Source: Trichoplax adhaerens (lineage: Eukaryota > Animalia > Placozoa). From it: a stretch of 64,000 nucleotides of DNA. The translations under genes were made by a program, and so were the position numbers. The notes beneath the pieces are model-generated. The model had not been told where the DNA came from. It did no database searches and saw only the letters and a list, made by a program, of their open reading frames with translations. Shown here one piece after another: positions 1-11,363 of the stretch. Location of the stretch: assembly GCF_000150275.1 (NCBI RefSeq), contig NW_002060948.1:3980759-4044758 (forward strand). Direction: 5' to 3'. The number at the start of each line of letters is the position of its first letter. Position 1 is the first letter of the stretch.

Positions 1-84
1 GAATATAGTAATGCATCTGTGGATAACGAAATACTGTATATCAAAAAGCATTTTATGTTGATCTCGGTATTTGTAGCTAGACGA

Positions 85-440
85 GAATATTTTTATGCGT
101 CTTTGGATAATATACCCGTATATCGAGAAAGAATTTCTTCATTTAGCTCCATATTGATAGTTTTATAAGACCATGTTTATGCGTCTATGGAGAATATACA
201 TCAAGGAGCAATTTCTTTTTACCTCCACATTTGTAGCTGTCTGAGAATCTATTTATGCGTCTATGGATAATTAATAAATATACTGTATGAAGAAACATTC
301 TCCTTTTATCTGCGTATTTACAGTAATAGTTGATGCGTCTATAAATAATTATAATATGAGCGTATATCAAAAAAGTCTTTTCCTTTCTATTTTCGTATTT
401 GCAGTAATGGGAAAATGTTTATCGTCTATGGAATACCCGT
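85..440. repeat. Degenerate ~80-bp tandem repeat (core TTATGCGTCTATGGATAA)
   Basis: Core variants recur near 94, 177, 254, 333 and 419. Confidence 0.6.
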
Positions 441-529
441 AGTTGTAGTTAGACGAGACTATATTCATGCCGTCCAACAACAAATCGACGCTAAAATGCA
501 AATTGATGACTAATAAAATAAGGGGACTG

Positions 530-1350
530 TCGCTGCGGAAAAGGCATCGCTAGACGACATTGTAGGAAAATGATCATTATCTATGAATGTGAGTTTACTC
601 GATATTCCTAATTAATTGTGGTTTCTTTCATGTTGGCCCTACTCTACCTATGTAAGTGCTTCTCTTCTGCAGCATAGCTTGGTCTACTCGATGCTATTAA
701 TAAGTATCAAATCGTCTATCACCAAGCTTACCGAGACTGCGGGCTGATGACTAGAAAAGGGTAGCAAGACTGTAGCTCACGAGAAGGCATCGCTAGACGA
801 TATGGCGAGGAAATACCCCTATATCATCATGGTAAATTGTAGTTTCAAGTCATTTTCTTCATGTTTTCCCTATTCTACCCATGTAAGAGGTTTTCTTCTG
901 CAGCATAGCTTGATCTACTCGATGCTATTGACAAGTATCGAATCGTCTATCATCAAGCTTACCGTAGACTGCGAGCTGATGACTAGAAAAGGGTAGCAAG
1001 ACTGTAGCTCACGAGAAGGCATCGCTAGACGACATGGCGAGGAAATACCCTTATATCATCATGGTAAATTGTAGTTTCAAATCTTTTCCTTCATGTTGTC
1101 CCTATGCTACCCATGTAAGAGGATTTCTTCCGCAGCATAGCTTGGTCTACTCGATATGATGCTATTGGCAAGTAAGGAAGCGTCCATCACCAAGCTACAC
1201 AGCAGAGTTGATGAGTAAAAAAATGGAGTGTGACTGTAGCTCAAGAGAAAGTAGAACTAGACGACATGGCGGGCGAATTCGATCATCCTTATGAATTGAT
1301 TGGACTGTAGTTTCAAGTTATTTCCTTCATGTTGGCCCTATTCTATCCCG
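530..1350. repeat. ~232-243-bp tandem repeat, 3-4 copies, upstream of UBE2J2
   Basis: GGCATCGCTAGACGA at 543, 786 and 1018, with a degenerate copy near 1253; GCAGCATAGCTTGGTCTACTCGAT-like blocks also repeat. Confidence 0.85.
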
Positions 1351-1962
1351 TTTATGGCTATTTTGATGCAATGAGCGACGTACTACTGAGTAGGTCTGTT
1401 CTATTTGTAGAATCATTTTGGTCCTTGTCTAGAGTACAAGCACCAATAAAGCGGCAGTTGGTAGTGGGGCAAATTTAGAAATGGCACCATGTCGCGCTAA
1501 GTCGGCCGCCATAGCCTGGATGGCCTAAAAAAGTCATGCGATTGCATGGATCAAAGGCAAGGACGAGGCAATAATCCACATCTGTAGGCATTTCGAAGAC
1601 AGTAAAAGCTATTCAAGTTCTTGTTGACAAGATCAAGTTGTTGTCGATAAAGGAAGAAGCTCAAGACAAATAAAATCCATTGTCGATTCTAGAAGATCGA
1701 TATAAATAATAGTGTTAAGAGAAATAACCCAGTCAGCAGATAGAATAGGGACCTGGTGACCATCTCGTCATCAGTTTAGCAACGCCGAGAATACTCGACG
1801 GACTGACAAATCTGTCAATCAGCGTGGATTTATTGAAATAAAACTGTATTAGCTTTTCAAAAGAGGCTGGAGAAGAAAAGAGAAATACTTTCTAGTCGAT
1901 AGAAATTATTACTCCGCTGCTTTTGCTCGTTGATCGCTTGCCACGGCCATAACCGTCTTAAC

Positions 1963-4900
1963 ATGAGTCCTCGTAGCCGATTACCTACGACTGCGACGCA
2001 TAGGCTACGCCAAGATTATCTTCGATTGAAGAAAGATCCTGTGCCCTATATCGAAGCCACGCCGTTGTCGTCGAATATTTTAGAATGGTAAGTCGTTTAT
2101 TTCTGGTTTTTTTTTTAAAACAGGAGGGAAATAGGGTAGTAAAAGGAGGCCGATCAGAGAGAAAGAGTCTCTTGTCGTAGCGGACAAGAGCAAGGTTGAC
2201 TGAGACTCCTCCTTTCCTGCTGGAGATGTCGATGTGATGTTAGGTCGGCAGACATTGATTTCCCTTTAGATCGTTTTTTTCTCCAACATGATTAAAAAAA
2301 AAATAGAAAATAAAATTACTCTAGCCTTGTGTTGGACTACAGTCATCATCCCTATCCCATATGCTATAACTTTGACACAGTCCTTGGTGCTAGTTAGAGC
2401 ATGTTGAAAGCATTTTCTTGTTGTTCAACGCTCATTTTCAACACATTGAGACAGTTGTTAACGCTTTAAAATGGGACTAATGGATCGCCTCTCGTTTGCG
2501 CCACTCCATATTGCTTTGCTGTGGCTGTTGGCCATCATTTCCTTCCTACAGGCACCACGCAATTTAGACTGAATTATTTCAAGGATGGTGTTGAAAATCA
2601 AGTGCCATTTTCAACACTTTACACAGCCATTGGAAAACACGGAAATTCAGTTGATCGACTGTTGAAAATAAGAAATGGATTCCATCAATTTTCTTCTAAT
2701 CCATATTGCACGTCTACCGTCCCTGACACCAGACTGTGCAAAGGATTTTCCCATTGGATTCATGCTGGTAGAAATGAAAAATTTGTGTCAATGATGGTGT
2801 TAAAAGAAATTGCCCTTTTGCATCTCATTTCGACAGTAATTGAAAAATAGGGAAATGGTCAATAGGATCGGGGTGTTTAAAGTAGGGAATAGATCCAATC
2901 AACTTTGTAATTTAGGCTGTACCATTCCTAATGACTGTCAATCTAGAGACATTGGATAAGGTCGGCAGGAATGAAATTGATTTCGATCATGGTTTTGAAA
3001 AATTACTGACGTAAGTGGACGTTTTCAACGTGTTAGACAGTTGTTTAAATAGGCCAATAATTCTAGAATTCTGATGGAGTGTTTAGAATAGGGAATACTG
3101 TAGATCCAATCGACTTTGTAATTGATGTTGCACCATCGCTGCTGACAGTGCAAAGGATAATCTCCATTGGATTCATGAAAGCAGAAATGAAATTTTCATC
3201 TCCATCATGGCGTTGAAAATTTCTCCTGTACTGCACATGGACGTTATTAACTCATGAGACAGTGTCGTGCAAAATAGAGAAATAATTGATCTGATTGAGT
3301 ATTTCAAGAAGGGAATAGATTGAATCCACTTTCTAATTGATGTTGTACCATCCCTACTGACTGTAGAAAGGATCTCCATTGGATTCCTGTCGGCAGGAAT
3401 AAAATGGAAACTTTTTACTTTCATCATAGCATTGAAAATTTTTGCTATGGATGGACGTTTTCAACGCCTTCAACAGTTATTTCAACCGAGAAATCATTCT
3501 ATAATGCTGATAGAGTGTTTTCAATATATGGAATACTGTAGATGCAATGGACTTTTTAATTGATGTTGTATCATCGCTGCTAACTGCGGAAAGGATCTCC
3601 ATTGGATTCATGGAAGCAGAAGTGAAATTTTCACTTTATCTCCATCATGGCGTTGAAAATTTTTCCTCTACTGTGCACTATACATAAACGTTATTAACTC
3701 ATGAGATAGTGTAATTTAAATTAGGGAAAGAATCGATGTGATTGAGTATTTGAATTTAGAGTAAGGAATCGATTTTCTAATTTATGTTGTGCCATCCCTG
3801 CTGACTGGGGAAAAAGATCTCTATTGGATTCATGGAAGCAGGAACGAAATTTTCACTTTATTTCCATCATGGCGTTGAAAATTTTCTGCTGGACATGGAC
3901 GTTATCAACCCATTGGACAATAATGATATAATTTAGCATATAGTATAGGGAAATAATCGATCTGATCCAGTGTTTAAAGTAGGGAATAGATTCAATCGAC
4001 TTTCTTCTCATTGATGCTATATACCATCCCTGCTGACTACGGAAAAGATCTCCATTGGATTCATGGAAGCAGCAATGCAATTTGCACTTTATTTCCCTCG
4101 TAACATTGCAAAATTTCTACTGTGGATAAACGTTTTCAACGCATTCGAGTGTTGTTTAATGAAGTTCAATGAGAGAAGTAATGGATGTGATCGACTGTTG
4201 AAAATAGGGAATAGATCCAATCGTTGTTGGACGTCCCTAACAACTATGGAATGGATTGACGTTTGATTCATGTAGGCAGGAATGAAATTTGGACCCTATT
4301 TCGATTATAGCGTTGTAAAATATTGGTTGTAGATGGACATTTTCAACGCATTGGACAGTTGTTGAATAAATATTCAGTGGAGAAATAGTGAAATTTTTGA
4401 TCAAGTATTGAAAATAGGGAATAGATCGAATCGACTTTCTAATCCAAGTTGTCGCTGATGACTATGGAAGGTTAGCCTAAAACGATCGTGAAGAAGATGA
4501 AGAAACATTTCATTTTTCTCCAATTTGAATCATTTTACCAGCCGGGAAAAGAAATTATTCGGTGACTAAAGCGATCATGAGGATCACAAAGAAACATTTT
4601 ATTTTTATCCAATTGGAATCGTTTACCGGTTGGGAGAAAAAATGGTTAGAAACGGTCCTATTCCACTTGAACGAAGCCTGAAAGGGTCATGAAGAAGCAT
4701 ATCATTTTTCTTCAATTTGAATCTTTTAACTTGGCTAGAAATGATGGTCCATTTCCACTTGAACTAAGCCTAAAAGGGTCATGAAGAAACATATCATTTT
4801 TCTTTAATTTGAATCTTTTAACTTGGCTAGAAATGGTCCATCTTAGCCTAAAGGGTCATCAAGAACATGAAGAAATATTTCAGTTTTCTCTAATTTGAAT

Positions 4901-7900
4901 CTTTTTTACTTGGTTAGAAGTGGTCTATTTCCACTTGAATGTAGCCTAAAACGATCGTGAAGAACATGGAGAAACATTTGATTTTTCTCCAATTTGAATC
5001 TTTTTACCAGCCTGGAGAAGAAATTACTCGGTGACTAAAGCGATGATGAGGATCATAAAGAAACATTTGATTTTTATCCAATAGGAATCTTTTTACCAGC
5101 TGGGAGTAGATATTACTTGGTAACTAAACGATCATGAAGAACATGAAGAAACATTTTATTTTGAGGGGAATTTGAATCTTTTTTACTAGCCGGGAGAGAA
5201 AAGTGCTCAGTGACTAGAAATGACCTATTTCTACTCGGACTAAGCCTAAAACGATCATAAAGAAACATTTTATTTTTATAGGAGATACGAGTTTGAATCT
5301 TTTTTACCAGCCGGGAAAAGAAAAGATTTTAGTGCGGTCAAATATTAGCACCTGCATTCTCTTCATCGACTTGGACGACAATATCAATCCATGGCCATGT
5401 TGAAACTCAATCCTAACCTCGTTCTCTACCTTTTCCATTCACTAGGAATGGAGAAAAAAATGGCCCTTGCAATAGCATGATAATGTAAGCGTAAAATTAG
5501 TCAATATGTCATCATCACTAGCTAACCCCCTCCCCTCTTCTATCCATGTCATGTTGGCTAGAGATTGATGACGATGGAAGGGACGTCGATCATCTCTTAT
5601 TTATTTTAAGCGGTTAGTCCATAAGGAGATGGGATTTTTCCCCGTCATTTCTCTGTCAATATCGTGCCTTGTATCGGCCCTGTCCAACTTAGTTTAGGAT
5701 AGTGGTCGAGATGGAAATGATGTATAAGAAAGAAATCAATTGGACGACATGGATCGAAATTGCTACCAGGAAAACTTGATTTTTATTTCGGTAACGATTG
5801 TTGCTATTGAAGGAAAGATAATTTCTAAGAGAAACATGGATAGACTTGTTACAGACTGGATGACAACTAGTAAGACAATAATCTCAAGTCAGAAAGAGTC
5901 GACAAGAACTGTATAGTATTTTAAGAGAATCATTTGAAGTAGGCAAGAGGAGAACAGGAAGTGTATAGCAAGAGAATCAAGTAGGGAAGAGTAGAACAGA
6001 AGCTGCAGCAAGAGAACCATATCAAGTAGGCAAGAGTAGAACAAGAACTGCATAGCAAGAGAATCATTCAAAGTAGGCAAGAGTAGATCAGGAACTACAT
6101 ACTAAGAGAATCATTTAAAGTAGGCAAGTGGAGAACAAGAACTGTATAGCAAGAGAACCATGTCAAGTAGGCAAGAGTAGAACAAGAACTGTAATGCAAG
6201 AGAATCATGTCAAGTAGGGAAGAGTAGAACAGGAACTGCATAGCAAGAGAAGCATGTCTAGTAGGGAAGAGTAGAACAGGAACTGCATAGCAAGAGAACC
6301 ATGTCTAGTAGGGAAGAGTAGAACAAGAACTTTAAAATTAAGGAATCATTTGAAGTAGGGAAGAATAGAACAGAAACTGCGTAGCACGATAATAATTTTC
6401 AAGCTAGGAAAGAGTCGATGAAAAATGCATTGCAAAACAAGAATCTCTAGTTAAGAAGAGTAGGTGAAAAATGCTTAGTAAGACAATCATCTCAAAGGGT
6501 GCAATTGGTTTTGGATGTACCTGATTGATTGTACAGAAATGATAACTATACATGCTCGACTTGATCCTTTCTTGGCTGTGTAGATAGAGGAGAAAAATGA
6601 ATGTTTTTTTCCTAATCCTCATCCCTCTTGATGTCCTAGTGTAACATTTATCTTTTTGATGGGTGCAATCTATTCCTTCATCACTATTATCATTGTCTGC
6701 TAGAGAAAGTCCCCATTTCCTTCAAGAAACTAATTTCCACGCAATCTATTCCTTCATCATCGTCGATGATGGTGATGGAGAAAGTCCTGTTTCCTTCCAG
6801 AGTTTGGCTTGCATGCGATCTATTCCTTCCATCCTAACATTTTTGCAGATGAAGATTTAGAGAAAGTCCTATTTCCTTCAAGAGTTTAGTTTCAGTGCGA
6901 TCTATTCTATCCATCAATTTATCATTATAGATGATAATGGAGAAAGTCGCTTTTCCATTCCTTCATCATCGTAGCTGGTGATGGACAAAGTTATGTTGCC
7001 TTCAAGAGTTTCCATGCGATCTATTCCTTCCATTGACTCATCATTATCGATAATTGATGGAGAAAGTCATATTGCCTTCAAGAGTTTCCAGTCGATCTAT
7101 TCTTTCTGTCGATTCACCATTTCGGATGATTCCTTTCCTCGATTCATCATTATAGAGAATGATAGGGAAAATCATATTTCCTTCAACAGTTTTTATACCA
7201 TCGATTCCATCATTATAGATGGCGATGGAGAATATCATATGTTTCCTTTCAAGAGTTTCAATGCGATCTACTCCTTCATCCCTTCATTATCGTCTACGGC
7301 GATTGAGTTGAACATCTATGTCTATTTCTACCATCGACTCGTTATTTTAGATAGTAGAGAAAGTCATTTTTCCTTTAAGAGTTTCATGCGATCTATTTCT
7401 TCCCTTCATAATCGTAGATGATGGTGAAAGTTTTATTCCCTTAAAGAGTTTAATTTTGATTACAATCTTGTTGAAATAGATAACTTGTGTAGCATAGTAA
7501 ACTGAAGTAAGTGGCGAAGACCACTCAATTCTACAGCGGATTATCATCGCTCGAGCTAGAGAGATGTAGAACGAGACGGATCATGTCTCATTTTCTTTAG
7601 CAGTATAGACTGCAATTATATCAACTCTTTGCATTTCTCCACTTTCTCCTACTGCATTGCTAGTGCCTAGGGAAGGATAATTTGAAACCCATTCCAGTTG
7701 TTACCATGAAATTAATACAACAACTACAACACTATATCCTAACGGGTAGCTACTGTCCCAATCAATACAAGAGAAATTCGATGTACTTCATTTTCAAATT
7801 GAAAGTGGATTGCATCATTTTGACATAGTTTTATTTTAATTCAATTGGGTGCCTGCGTTACTATTGAAAAATTGTTTTATTCACATCATGATAATGTTCT

Positions 7901-10836
7901 GTAAAAGAGTTTAAAAAAACAATTAGATGCTGTTGATGATTGATTGAATCGAAACTAGTAATCATACTTGTACAATTAATTCTAACGTTTTATTTTCTAT
8001 CTTCAGGCATTATGTCGTGATCGGCCCTGAAGGATCTCCGTATGAAGGTAGAATAAATTAATGATATGATTTCAAGTTTCTTCTTGGTGTTGTGACTAAT
8101 GTCGATACAACATACTATACCCCCTTGAAAGGCTATATCAATATGGTTTGTATTGAAAATTGACTTTGAGATCGACTGAGCAAGTTGATAATATTGCTAT
8201 TGAGCCAAATCTTTTCCTAAAAATGGCCATGTTGATATCTAATTTAATTTATATCAATTGTTGATAAAAATTAAATTGGATATCAACATCACCATTTTTG
8301 GGGAAAGATTTATCTCGATGGCAATAATTATTGATAAAAGTTAAATTAGATATCAACATGACCTTTTAGGGAAAGATTTGGTTCAATAGCAATATTGTAT
8401 ATAATTCATTAACAATTAAGATCCAGTAAGCTACTGCAGTACATGATATTGCTATTGAATCAAATTATTCTTCGAAATAACCATGTTGATAGTAAGTAAG
8501 TCTGCTATAGCTTGTATAAATTACTGTATTACTGACATCAACATCTAGTTAGCTAGTAGATGATGTTGCTATTGGACCGATCCTTTCTTCCGAGGGACTA
8601 CGTAATATCTCCATCTACTGTAGATCCAGTTTGCTAGTGGATGATATGACCAGCCAATCTTCTTCTTCAAAATGACCAATTTCATGTAGCCAGAGATGGA
8701 ACGTGGTACTCTTAAAAAGGAGACAGACTTTCAACATAAACAACAAGTCATAACATTGTCATTATTAGGCACGGCATGATAAATAAGTTTTTACATCCTT
8801 TCATATACGGTAGATCACGTAGTAGGAACTTAGTTTACTAAAGAAAATCTGTAATTACTTTCTACTGTACTCGTACATGATAAACTTGCATATGGCTGCC
8901 TACTGTTATCTATTTGACAAAGTGGCGACAATTAATGAATTAATTATTAAAACAGGCATAGTTAATTGTTCTTGTAGAGAATGAATGCAAAAGCAAATAC
9001 TATATATACTAAGCATATATTATTCAACTTCAAATAAGCTAATTAGTTTCCATCGTAGTATTTAAATGAAATTGCTCACTGAAATGCTATCTAGCAATCA
9101 ACCTTACAACTTTGATAGTTTGAAAAGGCTGCTATGCATACATACATTTACGATATGTTGTGAAAATCACTGGATAAAGTAACCATAGTTAATACTTTCT
9201 TCAGCAGCTTCGAGTAAATTAAAAAACTTTCGTAATAATTGGTATAAATTTAAATTCTGCTAGTACTATCATTTTAATGTATTAATACTGTATAATATAT
9301 ACATTTCTAAAGATAAATGAATGCTAAATACATTAAAATTGAAAGTTGATGAATAGTGCCAGGTAGTAGGTAACTACGTACTGTATGTAAGATACTCGTG
9401 CATATACGGTATACGCGTATAGGTGAAAATTGGATATTCTTACTTCTCATTGAAAATGTAAAAATATACTTATCTTTTCGTATTGTATACAATACGAGTA
9501 TAATTTGTTGTCCTGCATGCGCTTTTGCTTATGCTACCCTTTATGTGAGTAATGGCAAATTAAAGTTATTAGTGATACGCTCACTTACATATTTGTGAAA
9601 ATTGGATATCGAAAAAGTGTTGAATTTTTCCTGAAATTGTTGTTCTTATTTCTATGTTCTTCGGAAATATAAAAATTATTCAGTCTGTTCGTTTTATATT
9701 ACGTACGAATCTAATTGTACTGTCTTAAGAGAATTTATGATCGTACTACACTTCATGCTAGTAATAATGGTAAGTCGTAGCTATTTATTTCAAACTTTGA
9801 TAGCACCATTTTATACTTTTATCGATGTACAGCAATTCAAAAGCAGCGAAAGAATACTTTTTTCACTATAAAGATTTATAAAACTTTCCTTACATCTTTT
9901 ATAGACGGTTATTACCATGGGAAATTGGTATTTTCTCGTGATTATCCATTTAAACCACCTAGTATCTATATGATAACGCCAAATGGTCGATTTAAATGTA
10001 ATACGAGGTTAGTTGAATATACTGGCCTGTATTAACTTTTATTTAGGGGTATTATCAATTAACAGTGCTCATAAATGACTGCTCTAAACTATGAAATCAA
10101 TACCTTGACTGTATAATAATTTTATCTTGGTGCAACTGCCCGTTAATTCTGTCATTTCCCATTCTACGTATAATTATCAATCCATAGATTATGCCTTTCA
10201 ATAAGCGACTTTCATCCTGACACTTGGAATCCTGCGTGGTCAGTGTCAACCATTCTAACTGGTTTACTTAGTTTTATGGTAAGTCTCGAGTGCTTTGCTA
10301 TAACTTTGTTAAACTCGCAATAGTTAACAATTTATCTTGTCATCGTGATTTACAGTTAGAAAAGACGTCAACACTTGGTAGCATAGAAACGGCTGATTTT
10401 ACAGTAAGGCATTGTGTGACGACATAGGTGATTGGGTTTAAGCTGTTCATAAAGTAAAAAATCTTAAAATACCCATTATTGCAGAAACGTCGATTAGCCT
10501 GGGAGAGTTTGCAATACAATTTGAATGATGCAATATTTCGGGAATGCTTCCCAGATATCGTCGAGGTAATTTCACTACCAAGAAAAAAGATTCTTTACAT
10601 AAGAGTGTTATATAAGTTGACAATTGAAAAATTTTCCCTTTCTCATTTTATTGACGTAGAGAATACAAAAAGTTTTGGATAAAAGAAAACGCTTAGGTCT
10701 AAAATGTGAATATGATGTCGATTTCGCTCGATCATCCAATGATAGTAACTCATCAGTCATAGCAAATGCTGCTTTCGTCTGCGGTGTCGTCATGTTTGCC
10801 TACGTCGTCAAGCAAGTTGTTGAGGCCGTTGCTTAA
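1963..10836 (+). CDS. UBE2J2: Ubiquitin-conjugating enzyme E2 J2 (Ubc6 family, tail-anchored ERAD E2), 7 coding exons
   Basis: Exons 1963-2087, 8007-8047, 9905-10007, 10188-10278, 10356-10403, 10485-10565, 10660-10836, all GT-AG and phase-compatible. Translation: [120 protein letters not shown], ending in the TM tail [26 protein letters not shown]. Confidence 0.97.
2400..4460. repeat. ~200-230-bp degenerate tandem repeat in UBE2J2 intron 1 (~9 copies)
   Basis: CCATTGGATTCATG and GGGAATAGATCCAATC motifs recur near 2751, 2950, 3164, 3375, 3599, 3821 and 4052. Confidence 0.85.
4470..5330. repeat. Short-period degenerate tandem repeat (GCCTAAAACGATC...GAAACATTT...AATTTGAATCTTTT) in UBE2J2 intron 1
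   Basis: About ten recurrences of AATTTGAATCTTTT and GAAGAAACATTT motifs. Confidence 0.85.
5895..6420. repeat. 47-bp purine-rich minisatellite (~10-11 copies)
   Basis: AGTAGG at 6025, 6072, 6119, 6166, 6213, 6260, 6307 and 6354 (47-bp period); unit AAGTAGGCAAGAGTAGAACAAGAACTGCATAGCAAGAGAATCATTCA. Confidence 0.92.
6660..7450. repeat. ~65-80-bp degenerate tandem repeat (GCGATCTATTCCTTC...GGAGAAAGTC...TTCCTTCAAGAGTTT)
   Basis: Motifs recur about ten times; this explains the repetitive spurious ORFs at 6663 and 6978. Confidence 0.85.
8190..8490. repeat. Foldback/inverted repeat cluster (MITE-like) in UBE2J2 intron 2
   Basis: Arm ~8190-8257 is the imperfect reverse complement of ~8261-8325 and of ~8331-8396; a further forward copy lies near 8445. 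Confidence 0.75.
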
Positions 10837-11363
10837 TTTCATCTTTGTATTATATGTCCTGAACTCACTTCTTTAGATTATGATAATAATGATTGTGTCA
10901 AAAAGTTTATTGAGTTGATGCATGAAATTCCATCAAGCACTGTTAATTTCGGCACTAATTTGCAATCAAAACGCACTCTTGTTTTACACCTGTTTGATGA
11001 AATTTTATCAATTGGGTTATTAAACAATCTTTAGATAGTGCTACGATATCGCAAAGGATATGAAGCTTTCGTCTAGTATAATACAACACATTTGTAAAAT
11101 ATGAGCATATACGAAGAGCATTAGCTCACTCTATAATATACTCACAATTTCTTTCTATGATTGCATGTTATTACAACAAATTGCTATTTTTTATCTTATA
11201 CCTCTTTAACTGTTCCAATAATTAATTAATCAACATCATTGAAAATCGCGTCAATTAAAACGGCATCATAATTAAAAAATATATATACGTACTCAAAGTG
11301 TTTAATGAGTTTAAAAGGTAGAAACGTAATTTTACATAGCAATTAATTACGCTATTAATGGTA

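Noticed and set aside
743-790. CTGATGA...GAAA in the 232-bp repeat as a possible hammerhead ribozyme
   Set aside because: Only CTA separates CTGATGA from GAAA, so there is no stem II, and no convincing stems I/III were found
2521-7547. ORFs of 60-147 aa inside UBE2J2 intron 1
   Set aside because: They are translations of tandem repeats with no recognisable domains
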